Positions 49,732 through 57,674 of a DNA stretch of 64,000 bases are shown here, piece after piece. This stretch comes from a virus (taxonomy: Duplodnaviria > Caudoviricetes): positions 40,801 through 104,800 of IMG/VR virus record IMGVR_UViG_3300047565_000101. One strand, written 5' to 3'. Both the position numbers and the translations under genes were made by a program. A model generated the notes under the pieces. That model saw nothing but the letters and a program-made list of their open reading frames with translations, did no database searches and was not told the origin of the DNA. How positions within the stretch are numbered: position 1 is the first letter of the stretch; each line of letters starts with the position of its first letter.

Positions 49732-49887
49732 TGTTGAAGGATATTATTGCTAATGAATGTTTAGACTGTGGAGAGATTGCTTTCGTGTTTGATAATGATG
49801 GGTGGATCGAATTGATGGGGTGCGCTTGCGTTGATGGCATGAATGATTTAGATTGGGTGAATGAGCCATAAAATAAATTAAATTAGA

Positions 49888-50021
49888 CGGCGTGTCGACT
49901 TGACAAAAGTCGATGCTGCCCGCAAAGGAGCGGGGTCGGGCGTGTCGTTAAGAAGATGATCTAGATCACCCTGGAATTTACGGCGTGTCGTTTTTGATTT
50001 GTCGGTCACACATGGTATAGT
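49888..50021 (+). promoter_or_regulatory. Composite early regulatory cassette
   Basis: CGGCGTGTCG x2, TTAAG-N17-CCTGGA, TGTCGG-N10-TATAGT 50000. Confidence 0.75.
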
Positions 50022-50049
50022 TCTCTTAAATCAAACGAAAGGTCAACTC

Positions 50050-50223
50050 ATGAAAACTATTGAACTTCTTGGCAACCGTGATGAGGTTGTTATTCTTTAC
50101 ACCGCTCTCGTTAATCTCATGGACATCATTGAAGATAACGGCAATGCATACGGCATGGCTCAGCCAACAGCAGATTTACTTGAGCAGATTACATATATCA
50201 AGAACACATGGGAGGAAAACTAA
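50050..50223 (+). CDS. Hypothetical protein
   Basis: AACGAAAGG leader before ATG 50050. Confidence 0.6.
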   Translation: MKTIELLGNRDEVVILYTALVNLMDIIEDNGNAYGMAQPTADLLEQITYIKNTWEEN

Positions 50224-50432
50224 TGGAATACAAAGTATATTGCATGGCTGGTGACAACTGTGGCCAGTATATCATTCTAGATGACTACGAATATGGTTTC
50301 TATGATAACGACTATATTTGCGGTGATTGTCAGAATGCTGAAGATATGGATCTTCATGATTGGTATGATGACGGAGATGACAGTTATTCCCTCGCTTCCG
50401 CTGGCTTTGGCTCAGACGAAGACTATATGTGA
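50223..50432 (+). CDS. Acidic Cys-containing protein
   Basis: GGAGG RBS; ends LASAGFGSDEDY. Confidence 0.6.
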   Translation: MEYKVYCMAGDNCGQYIILDDYEYGFYDNDYICGDCQNAEDMDLHDWYDDGDDSYSLASAGFGSDEDYM

Positions 50433-50606
50433 TTCAATTCACACCCTTCCCGCTTGACAAAGCGGGTTAGGGCCCCTAGATCTATGGGGGCAAAACTCTT
50501 GTTACGTCAAGTTACGACACACCCTGGAAATTGTGGTGTTTATCACATTCTAAATATGCGACACGCCGAGGATGGATTAGGATTTGTCGGTGCAACACGC
50601 TATAAT
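50428..50606 (+). promoter_or_regulatory. Composite early regulatory cassette
   Basis: CRP-type boxes 50428 and 50532, two hairpins, TTACG-N16-CCTGGA, CGACACGCCG 50559, TGTCGG-N10-TATAAT 50585. Confidence 0.78.
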
Positions 50607-50635
50607 ACTCTCATACCAACAACGAAAGGCAACAA

Positions 50636-50893
50636 ATGACAACTTCAACAATTAACTTCGTTAAGTTTCCGTTTACTTATCAGGGCGTGAACTTTGTATC
50701 TCGTATCTCAGAGGAATCTCGTTTTCTTCCGCAAATTAAGGCTATGGGGCAGGCGTTTATTGATATGAATATTTCAGCAATAGATGAAGTTATGCCAGAC
50801 CTAGTATCACTTAGCATTAACCAATTAAATGAGCGACTTGCTCATATCAACGACGGTGGAACAGAAATGTTTCTAGAATTGGAAGGTAACTAA
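50636..50893 (+). CDS. Hypothetical protein
   Basis: CAACGAAAGG leader. Confidence 0.65.
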   Translation: MTTSTINFVKFPFTYQGVNFVSRISEESRFLPQIKAMGQAFIDMNISAIDEVMPDLVSLSINQLNERLAHINDGGTEMFLELEGN

Positions 50894-50895
50894 TA

Positions 50896-51171
50896 ATGGG
50901 ATACACAACAGCGCTATCACTTGCAGAAGATGTGTCTATTGACGCAGGACTTGCTTATCACTTACAGGCTAATCATTACCCGCCCGTCCCTGTATCTATG
51001 GTGGATGCTTGCATCGAAGCCATCGACGCATACCATGAAGAGGACTATCAGCGACTAATCGAACTTCCAGCTGGCGTATCATGGCGTGGAGAAACTTCAT
51101 GCCCTGCATCAGCAATCGTAGAAGCGCATCACCTAGATGCTTGGCTACCACAGGAGGAATACTATGAGTAA
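50896..51171 (+). CDS. Hypothetical protein
   Basis: HLQANHYPPVP...AIVEAHHLDAW; coupled. Confidence 0.65.
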   Translation: MGYTTALSLAEDVSIDAGLAYHLQANHYPPVPVSMVDACIEAIDAYHEEDYQRLIELPAGVSWRGETSCPASAIVEAHHLDAWLPQEEYYE

Positions 51172-51304
51172 TCTTTATTCTATCTTATCAGAGCTTCACC
51201 CGAACGGTGACTTTACAGAATCTGATCTATGGGATGCTATCGCAGAATCAGAGGGAGTAGATGTCTACTCAATTATGGACGGAGACCTAACAGACTATCT
51301 GTGA
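51164..51304 (+). CDS. Acidic 46-aa protein
   Basis: AGGAGG RBS. Confidence 0.55.
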   Translation: MSNLYSILSELHPNGDFTESDLWDAIAESEGVDVYSIMDGDLTDYL

Positions 51305-51355
51305 TTTAATTCACAGCCACAGGGCTAGACAAATGTCAGACCCCACTGCTATAAT
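51300..51355 (+). promoter_or_regulatory. Early promoter: perfect CRP-type box plus TGTCAG-N10-TATAAT
   Basis: Box 51300-51315; motif 51334. Confidence 0.75.
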
Positions 51356-51390
51356 ACTCGCATAACAACAACTAATAGAACGGAAGCAAA

Positions 51391-51564
51391 ATGACAATCA
51401 ACCAAAAGACATACGAAGTAGGCGACCTATTCACGACTCTTTCATCAGGCGTGACAGGTACAATTACTGAAATCGTCAAGAACGCATCTGGCTCGGTGCG
51501 TGTTAAGTTAGATACAGATAAGGGAGAACGCTGGACAACAGTTTCAGCCGACTCGCTTTCATAA
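51391..51564 (+). CDS. Small SH3/KOW-like protein
   Basis: YEVGDLF...TGTITEI...VRVKL; follows promoter. Confidence 0.55.
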   Translation: MTINQKTYEVGDLFTTLSSGVTGTITEIVKNASGSVRVKLDTDKGERWTTVSADSLS

Positions 51565-51635
51565 CTAGATAATCGAAACAGGTGCAGTTTGAGGGAGTTC
51601 TCGCACAATGTCGTAAGTAAGAACCCTCACTAATT

Positions 51636-51657
51636 TGTCAGACAACCATGTTATACT
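51636..51657 (+). promoter_or_regulatory. Promoter TGTCAG-N10-TATACT
   Basis: Motif copy before AACGAAAGAGG leader. Confidence 0.7.
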
Positions 51658-51691
51658 AACCAACTAAACCAACCAACGAAAGAGGAATAAA

Positions 51692-52093
51692 ATGGCTAGA
51701 GGCGTATCAGTTAAGGTAGCAACAACTAAGGTAATCAAGGCTCTTGAAACAAAGTTGGCAGAAGGCAAGTCTGCTATGACTAACAATGAGAAGAAGCGCA
51801 AGGAATACGAAAAGACAGAGAAGGCCTGGTCTAAGGAAGTTGCCGATATTGTCTTTAAGCAAATCTCAAAGGCAGAAGTAAATGCACATGAGAACTGGCG
51901 TGGAGAAACAAACATCAACATTACAGTTCCTGCCAATGTAATCAAACTTCCTGAGAAGCCTTCTATTGACCTAGAGCGTGAACTAGGTGCGTATGAGATT
52001 CAGGAGATTGAGAACGCAATTCGTATTCTCAAGATGACAGATGAGGAAACAGTAAATGCTGCGACCTTCAACAAGTTGTCACAGTATCTATAA
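51692..52093 (+). CDS. Hypothetical protein
   Basis: 133 aa; AACGAAAGAGG leader. Confidence 0.7.
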   Translation: MARGVSVKVATTKVIKALETKLAEGKSAMTNNEKKRKEYEKTEKAWSKEVADIVFKQISKAEVNAHENWRGETNINITVPANVIKLPEKPSIDLERELGAYEIQEIENAIRILKMTDEETVNAATFNKLSQYL

Positions 52094-52131
52094 ATAAATA
52101 AAGTTGGTGGGGCTGTTATTCCTTACCAAAA

Positions 52132-52159
52132 CGACCTGAGTAAGTCGCCAAACTGCTCA
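52132..52159 (+). ncRNA. 28-nt H-type pseudoknot motif, copy 1
   Basis: CGAC-CTGAGTAA-GTCG-CCAAAC-TGCTCA. Confidence 0.5.
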
Positions 52160-52193
52160 CACCTTAGGGTGTCCCTACTAACAAAGGCAACAA

Positions 52194-52430
52194 ATGAAAA
52201 ATCGTTATCGTATTGAAATTTACGACGACATCAAATCAAATGATTTGACAATCAACACAGACACCTTCACAGATATTCAAGGTCTGCGAAATTATATGCA
52301 CAAGAACATTTCAAAGTTTAGCACCAAGGTTCGTGCATATGTTTATGACAATCAAGAAAACAAGAAAGTTCTAGCAGCTTTCTTACCAATGGAAACAGTT
52401 CAAGCTTTAAAGAATAAAGTTTCCGTATAA
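52194..52430 (+). CDS. Hypothetical protein
   Basis: AAAGG RBS. Confidence 0.6.
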   Translation: MKNRYRIEIYDDIKSNDLTINTDTFTDIQGLRNYMHKNISKFSTKVRAYVYDNQENKKVLAAFLPMETVQALKNKVSV

Positions 52431-52466
52431 TACTAAGAGCTGGGGATCTCTTTAAACTCCCCGCCT

Positions 52467-52604
52467 TGCCCCCAAAGGTATGGGGGCATTTTAGCTGTTA
52501 CGTCAAGTACCAAAACACCCTGAAAATTGTGGGATCGATCACATTCTCAGCATCTGAGATAGAATGTAATTAGACTATCATTTGTCGGACCCGCCTGTTA
52601 TAAT
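52467..52604 (+). promoter_or_regulatory. Composite early regulatory cassette
   Basis: GCCCCCA/TGGGGGC hairpin, TTACG-N16-CCTGAA, CRP-type box 52528, TGTCGG-N10-TATAAT 52583. Confidence 0.75.
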
Positions 52605-52635
52605 TGCCTAATCAATCAAACGAAAGAGGAAAATC

Positions 52636-53649
52636 ATGGCTCATAATCTCGAAACTGTAAACGGTGAAGTTGCTTTCGCATTGCGTGGTGCACCTGCATG
52701 GCATAATCTCGCAAACCGCATTTTCTCTAAGGATGAGGAAGTTTCGACTCAACTCATGCTCGATGAGGCTAAACTTTCCAATTGGAATGTTCGCCTCTCT
52801 CCACTAACTGATCACATCTCTGAAGAGTGGAGCGATGTTTCAAACTCTCACCTTGTATTGCGTACTAATCCTTTTAATGGCGGAACTGATGTTCTAGCTA
52901 ATGTTGGAAAGCGTTATAAGGTAGTTCAGAATGAGGAACTATTTCAATTCGCTGATTCAATTCACGATGCAGACCCTAATTGCCGTTGGGAGTCTGCTGG
53001 CTCTTTGCGTAATGGTAAAGTCGTATTCGGTACTGTTGAAATTCCTCGCACAATGGTTTTAGACCCACAAGGTGCGAACGATGAGACAAAGCTTTATCTT
53101 ATCGTATGGACATCACATGACGGTTCTGTTGCTGTTCAGGCTGCTGTAACCCCTGTTCGTGTTGTATGCCAAAACACTTTGAATCTTGCAATGCGTAATG
53201 CAAAGCAATCATTCAAGATTCGCCACACGCAAACCGCAGAAGGTAAGATTCAAATCGCACGTGAGACTCTTGGCTTAACTCTAGGCTACTTTGATGAATT
53301 CGAAAAGCAGGCTAAGGCACTATTCGAAACATCTGTTACCGATGCAAAGTTTCACGATATTATTCGTGCAATGTATCCAAAGCCTGCTGAAGATAAGTCA
53401 AAGCAGGCTCTCACAAAGTGGGAAAATAAAGTTACTCTCATCGATGACATTTATTTTAACTCACCAACTCAGACTAACATCAAGGGCACCGCTTGGGGTG
53501 TAGTTAATGCGCTTACTGAGCGCCTAGACTACTTCCGCTCAGGGCGTGGCAACTCTGAAACACTCATGGCGGGTGCATCAGGCTTTGACCCAATTCTTAC
53601 CGCTGAGAAGAATAAAATCGTAAAGCAGGTAATGTCCCTAGCGGGTTAA
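52636..53649 (+). CDS. DUF932 family phage/plasmid protein
   Basis: PAWH, YKVVQNEELF, ESAGSLRNG, SHDGS, TPVRVVCQNTL, IRHT, GTAWG..NALTE. Confidence 0.85.
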   Translation: MAHNLETVNGEVAFALRGAPAWHNLANRIFSKDEEVSTQLMLDEAKLSNWNVRLSPLTDHISEEWSDVSNSHLVLRTNPFNGGTDVLANVGKRYKVVQNEELFQFADSIHDADPNCRWESAGSLRNGKVVFGTVEIPRTMVLDPQGANDETKLYLIVWTSHDGSVAVQAAVTPVRVVCQNTLNLAMRNAKQSFKIRHTQTAEGKIQIARETLGLTLGYFDEFEKQAKALFETSVTDAKFHDIIRAMYPKPAEDKSKQALTKWENKVTLIDDIYFNSPTQTNIKGTAWGVVNALTERLDYFRSGRGNSETLMAGASGFDPILTAEKNKIVKQVMSLAG

Positions 53650-53654
53650 TAACC

Positions 53655-53682
53655 TCTCCTGAGCATGAGATAAAACTGCTCA
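53655..53682 (+). ncRNA. 28-nt H-type pseudoknot motif, copy 2
   Basis: TCTC-CTGAGCAT-GAGA-TAAAAC-TGCTCA. Confidence 0.5.
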
Positions 53683-53687
53683 CGCTA

Positions 53688-53809
53688 CGGCGTGTCGGCT
53701 TGACAAAAGCCGATCAGGGCCCCCAATGTTACGGGACGGGGTGATGTGTTACGAATCACATTTTAAATCCCTGGAATCCTTGCTATTTGTCAGTGGTGTC
53801 CGCTATAAT
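53688..53809 (+). promoter_or_regulatory. Composite early regulatory cassette
   Basis: CGGCGTGTCG, hairpin, CRP-type box 53745, TTACG-N16-CCTGGA, TGTCAG-N10-TATAAT 53788. Confidence 0.75.
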
Positions 53810-53816
53810 ACTCCAC

Positions 53817-54383
53817 ATGACAACGAACTGGAACAAGTACACATACGTATGCAACACATGCGATGGTCTATTTGAAATGACCATCCAGGCAACCAGAACA
53901 ATCGATCAAAAGCTTTGCCCATCTTGTTTTAATACAATGACATATTTGTCAGTGGCAGATGCTACAATACCTTCTACAACAACAACGAAAGAGGAACCAA
54001 TGATTGAAAACGCATTACCTGAAGTAACTGCTAAAATTGCAGAACTCGAAGCAACTCTTAAGAACCACCAGAACTGCGATTACTGGAAGTCAGAGAATGG
54101 TCGCATCGGTTCACAACTAATTAATCTAATCAATACTGCATATGAGAACGATGCAGAGGCGTCAGAGATTCTAGAATCAATCTGTGAAATCATTGACTAC
54201 AATCCTGTCAAGACAGTACAGTTTGAGGGCGTAATCCACTTCTCAGGTTCTATCGATATTCCAATGAACGAGGTTGCAGACTTTGACCTCACCTCCGCCC
54301 TTGAAGATGTCTACGTAGACATTAACAACGGCAACGTGGTTATCGATAACTACGAACTCTACTCAGTAGAGGAGCCTTACTAA
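53817..54383 (+). CDS. Zn-ribbon plus acidic domain protein; in-frame internal start at 54000
   Basis: Leaderless ATG 53817; CNTC...CPSC; internal promoter at 53947 and AACGAAAGAGG leader. Confidence 0.65.
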   Translation: MTTNWNKYTYVCNTCDGLFEMTIQATRTIDQKLCPSCFNTMTYLSVADATIPSTTTTKEEPMIENALPEVTAKIAELEATLKNHQNCDYWKSENGRIGSQLINLINTAYENDAEASEILESICEIIDYNPVKTVQFEGVIHFSGSIDIPMNEVADFDLTSALEDVYVDINNGNVVIDNYELYSVEEPY

Positions 54384-54604
54384 TGTATTTTGAACTCACC
54401 GCACCCAACCAGTCTGCCCTGAAAGGGGCATTCTGGGAGGCGGATGTAATTGGTCTTGACCCTGAATGGATTAAAGACACTCTAACATTCGTAGTTGGAA
54501 CTGGAACAATTGAGAAGGTCTCAAAGCTGCGAGATAAATTTAATCTAATTGAATCATACACATCAGAATACGAGCCCTACCATGCATACAAAGGAAGCAA
54601 ATGA
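54383..54604 (+). CDS. Hypothetical protein
   Basis: AGGAG RBS; coupled. Confidence 0.6.
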   Translation: MYFELTAPNQSALKGAFWEADVIGLDPEWIKDTLTFVVGTGTIEKVSKLRDKFNLIESYTSEYEPYHAYKGSK

Positions 54605-54783
54605 GAATCAGTTGTGATCGATGCGGAATATCTGCAGAGGCAAAGTATGTAGTTAAACTAATTGAAGGCGAATTAGCATTCTGCGGACACCATTATAATA
54701 AGTACAAAGAAGGTCTTGACAAAATAGCGTTTGAAGTAGTAGAATTAGCAACTCAACCAGAACTAGTAGAGGCGGAAGTATAA
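54601..54783 (+). CDS. Small Zn-binding protein
   Basis: CDRC...FCGHH. Confidence 0.6.
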   Translation: MRISCDRCGISAEAKYVVKLIEGELAFCGHHYNKYKEGLDKIAFEVVELATQPELVEAEV

Positions 54784-55166
54784 TGGGAGACAGAGCAAAC
54801 TTCGGATTCAAGCAGTCTAACGGTGAAACAATTATTCTCTATGGTCATTGGGCAGGCCACGACATGCTTAAGAATTTGGCAAAAGCCGTAGAGACAGCAC
54901 GTCCTCGTTGGATAGATGAGGCATATGCAACACGTATTGTTGTCTCTCAATTGGTTGGCAATGATTGGACCAGCGAGACAGGTTGGGGGCTCTCAGTAAA
55001 TACTATTCTAGACAATGAGCACAAGATTCCTGTTATCGATTGGCGCAGTGGTACCTTTAGCCTTCATGAAGAGGGCGACTGGAATGAAGACACCAAGGTC
55101 CGTGGAATGTTGGATGAGCCAATGTTCACAATGACACTGGAGAACTTCATCAAGAAATATATTTAA
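54783..55166 (+). CDS. Hypothetical protein
   Basis: MGDRAN...LYGHWAG; coupled. Confidence 0.65.
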   Translation: MGDRANFGFKQSNGETIILYGHWAGHDMLKNLAKAVETARPRWIDEAYATRIVVSQLVGNDWTSETGWGLSVNTILDNEHKIPVIDWRSGTFSLHEEGDWNEDTKVRGMLDEPMFTMTLENFIKKYI

Positions 55167-55275
55167 CTAAATAAAATGGTGCCTCTATAGTCGACATCTC
55201 ACATCGGCAAGGGGTTAAATAAAGCAGGGTTCTTTTACTTTCGTTGGTGAATCCCTAGCAGCCTTATCAATAGGA

Positions 55276-55431
55276 CTTGACAAATCCAGATCCATGCCCC
55301 CAAAAACTAAGGGTAGCAATTTTCTCTTACGAAGTCAATAAAAAATCGCCTGAAATTTGATCAAATTTTGATTCATGTGGCGGGAATCACAAGAGCTTTC
55401 TATTCCATTTGTCAGACCCCTAGTGTAAAAT
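55276..55431 (+). promoter_or_regulatory. Composite early regulatory cassette
   Basis: CTTGACAAA, TTACG-N17-CCTGAA, CRP-type box 55376, TGTCAG-N10-TAAAAT 55410. Confidence 0.72.
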
Positions 55432-55458
55432 ACTCCTATATCAACGAAAGGATATAAA

Positions 55459-56139
55459 ATGCCAAACTGGGTATCTAATTCAGTATCAATTGAAGGTTCT
55501 CCTAATCTAATTAATCAGATTAAAGAGCAAGTATCTAAGCCATATGTTATGCCTGTTGAATCTAATGGTGATTTGGCTTATTCTGTTAAAGATGTTCCTA
55601 TTGATTCCGTCTTTTCATTTTGGAATATAATTAAACCAACAGATATGGAAGCATATCCTAAGCAACCTGATTTTAAATCAGATTCACCATATTCAGGTAA
55701 TGACTGGTACTCTTGGAATAATCGTAATTGGGGTGTTAAATGGGATGCAAATAGTCCTGAATTAGTTTATGATGAGCCTAATGGTGAGAACCATGTTCTT
55801 GTATATAACTTTGATACAGCATGGGGTACTCCTAATACTGTACTAATAGAACTATCTAATCAGTTCCCGTCCGTCTTGGTTACAAATGAATATCAAGAAG
55901 AAACAGGCTGGGGTGGGTCAGCAGAGTTCGCTAATGGCAAAATGCTTTCTCATTCTGAATATAACTGGAAATGCTGGGAATGCAGTTATGAAGAATCAGA
56001 CGAACCTCCATACTGTGAGTCATGTGATTTCGATATGTGTCCTAAATGTGGCTATGGTGAGCCAACAGATGAGGACAGAGCAAATTGTCAGACCCATGGT
56101 GTAGAATCAGAACCTAAATCAACGGAGGTAGAGGCATGA
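55459..56139 (+). CDS. DUF1281/YubB-like ferredoxin-fold protein with Cys-rich C-terminus
   Basis: MPNW..N, DWYSWNNRNWGVKWDA, FDTAW motifs. Confidence 0.7.
   Translation: MPNWVSNSVSIEGSPNLINQIKEQVSKPYVMPVESNGDLAYSVKDVPIDSVFSFWNIIKPTDMEAYPKQPDFKSDSPYSGNDWYSWNNRNWGVKWDANSPELVYDEPNGENHVLVYNFDTAWGTPNTVLIELSNQFPSVLVTNEYQEETGWGGSAEFANGKMLSHSEYNWKCWECSYEESDEPPYCESCDFDMCPKCGYGEPTDEDRANCQTHGVESEPKSTEVEA
56086..56107 (+). promoter_or_regulatory. Promoter TGTCAG-N10-TAGAAT inside upstream CDS
   Basis: Motif copy before ATG 56136. Confidence 0.6.
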
Positions 56140-56296
56140 AGACAGACTACGATTTAACTGTAAAATCGTTAGTTCAAAAAATCTATGATGACCATTATTC
56201 ACATTGGGATTTCATGGAAAATATGAACGGCGGAGATTGTGATTGTAATATTCATCAAGCAATGGATTTAATAGCAACTTATTGGGAGGCAGAATA

Positions 56297-56515
56297 ATGG
56301 AAGAAATGATCGCTTATCTAGAGCTTCATGAAATTAGTCTATTACAAGATGCAGATAAGTTTCAGGATATCTTCAATACATATGAGGGTGACTTTGATAC
56401 AGATGAGTATCGTCAGTATGAGATAGAAGACATTATTAATACTGGAGAACTTTCTGCAACCCGCCACCTTTTGTCAGTGGCACGTGATATACTCGCCAAA
56501 ACGAAAGGAAACTAA
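56297..56515 (+). CDS. Acidic hypothetical protein
   Basis: GGAGG RBS before ATG 56297. Confidence 0.6.
   Translation: MEEMIAYLELHEISLLQDADKFQDIFNTYEGDFDTDEYRQYEIEDIINTGELSATRHLLSVARDILAKTKGN
56472..56493 (+). promoter_or_regulatory. Promoter TGTCAG-N10-TATACT inside upstream CDS
   Basis: Followed by AACGAAAGG leader. Confidence 0.68.
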
Positions 56516-56516
56516 C

Positions 56517-56807
56517 ATGGAACCAATGTCAGATAAGTTGCCAGAGCACCTCCAACGTCTTGTGGACCTAGGAGAATCGGGTACCGATATTCTTCACGGG
56601 GAACTAAAGAATATGATGTTAGAGGCAGAGCAAGAACTAGAAGAAATTGCTGCCCAAGAAGAAGCAGACGACTATTCAGACTCTATGGTCTCTATGGACC
56701 GAACACGTGCAGAAGGTCGACTAGACGCTTTAGTCGATGTATATAATCTAACATATCAATTGGCATTTGCTATATCGGACAGGAGAATCAAGAATGAAAC
56801 TATTTAA
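56517..56807 (+). CDS. Hypothetical protein
   Basis: AACGAAAGG leader before ATG 56517. Confidence 0.65.
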   Translation: MEPMSDKLPEHLQRLVDLGESGTDILHGELKNMMLEAEQELEEIAAQEEADDYSDSMVSMDRTRAEGRLDALVDVYNLTYQLAFAISDRRIKNETI

Positions 56808-56970
56808 AGTAATTGGAATGCGGACCACATCATTCTATATGGATGTATCTGCAGAAGATTCTAAGCAGGCTTATGATATTGCTGAATCCCGCCAAATGAT
56901 TGATTGGTCGGAAATTGAAACAGATAATGTAATCGAAATCGTCGAAGTCCTAGAGGAAGAAGAGAACTAA
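56794..56970 (+). CDS. Hypothetical protein
   Basis: AGGAG RBS before MKLFKV. Confidence 0.55.
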   Translation: MKLFKVIGMRTTSFYMDVSAEDSKQAYDIAESRQMIDWSEIETDNVIEIVEVLEEEEN

Positions 56971-57294
56971 ATGGATCTATTAGATAAGACACGTATGCAG
57001 GATACATATAACAAGTTAAACACAATCATTGAACAGACTGAAGAACTTGATGTCTTCCCATCCCTGGTTTGGGTATGGGCCTGGGATACGGCTACAACTA
57101 TTCTAAAGGATATCCGTGAAGGCGGGGAACCACAATACAATGTAACCATGGATGAAGAAGAAATGTTTGAACTATTCTGGAAGCAGGCAGACAAGAATGC
57201 TTTCAGTCTAGAATATGGCCAGGAGAGCCTATATGAAGCAATTCGTGATTGGATGTTCGATCAAGGCATCATCGAAATATATGATGGGGACTAG
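56971..57294 (+). CDS. Acidic hypothetical protein
   Basis: 107-aa coupled ORF. Confidence 0.6.
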   Translation: MDLLDKTRMQDTYNKLNTIIEQTEELDVFPSLVWVWAWDTATTILKDIREGGEPQYNVTMDEEEMFELFWKQADKNAFSLEYGQESLYEAIRDWMFDQGIIEIYDGD

Positions 57295-57385
57295 ATCATA
57301 TAATTAACTAAATATATAGTAAGGACATGCTTCCAAGGGCCAAATGATCGGCTTACGGACACAATTAAATAATGCTGGAAATCTA

Positions 57386-57414
57386 TTTACAAATCCGTAA
57401 ATAGAGTATATAAT
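57386..57414 (+). promoter_or_regulatory. Housekeeping-sigma promoter TTTACA-N17-TATAAT
   Basis: Upstream of the Lsr2-like gene. Confidence 0.65.
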
Positions 57415-57451
57415 ATATATAACAACTATATCTCTTGAAAGGGGATTACAA

Positions 57452-57592
57452 ATGACAACAAAGCGTGAATATCTCAAGGCACAGGGCATTACAGTAGGCG
57501 TTCGTGGACGTTTCTCTGGAGCTGCAAAGCAGGTTCTCCAGGAGGCTGAGAAGCAGGGCATCAAGTTCTCTGCTGAGAAGCCAGCCAAGTAA
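57452..57592 (+). CDS. Stand-alone Lsr2-like DNA-binding (RGR AT-hook) protein, 46 aa
   Basis: MTTKREYLKAQGITVGVRGRFSGAAKQVL resembles the Lsr2 C-terminal domain; AAAGGGG RBS; own promoter and hairpin terminator; absent from ORF track. Confidence 0.65.
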   Translation: MTTKREYLKAQGITVGVRGRFSGAAKQVLQEAEKQGIKFSAEKPAK

Positions 57593-57599
57593 ACAATGT

Positions 57600-57640
57600 T
57601 GGGGAGGGGTCAACAGAACTTGACCTCTCCCTGATTTCTT
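57600..57640 (+). terminator. Hairpin terminator after Lsr2-like gene
   Basis: GGGAGGGGTCAA/TTGACCTCTCCC stem then T-rich. Confidence 0.65.
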
Positions 57641-57674
57641 GATAGAATCTACGATTACCAAAAAGGCGGAAATA

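Noticed and set aside
47763-55284. CTTGACAAA copies as ordinary -35 promoter elements
   Set aside because: No acceptable -10 hexamer 16-18 nt downstream; they mostly sit in hairpins and are treated as part of the cassette.
47752-55431. Recurrent intergenic repeats as a CRISPR array or integron attC cassettes
   Set aside because: Units are composite, variable in length and separated by whole genes; no constant repeat-spacer period, cas gene, integrase or GTTRRRY core pattern seen.
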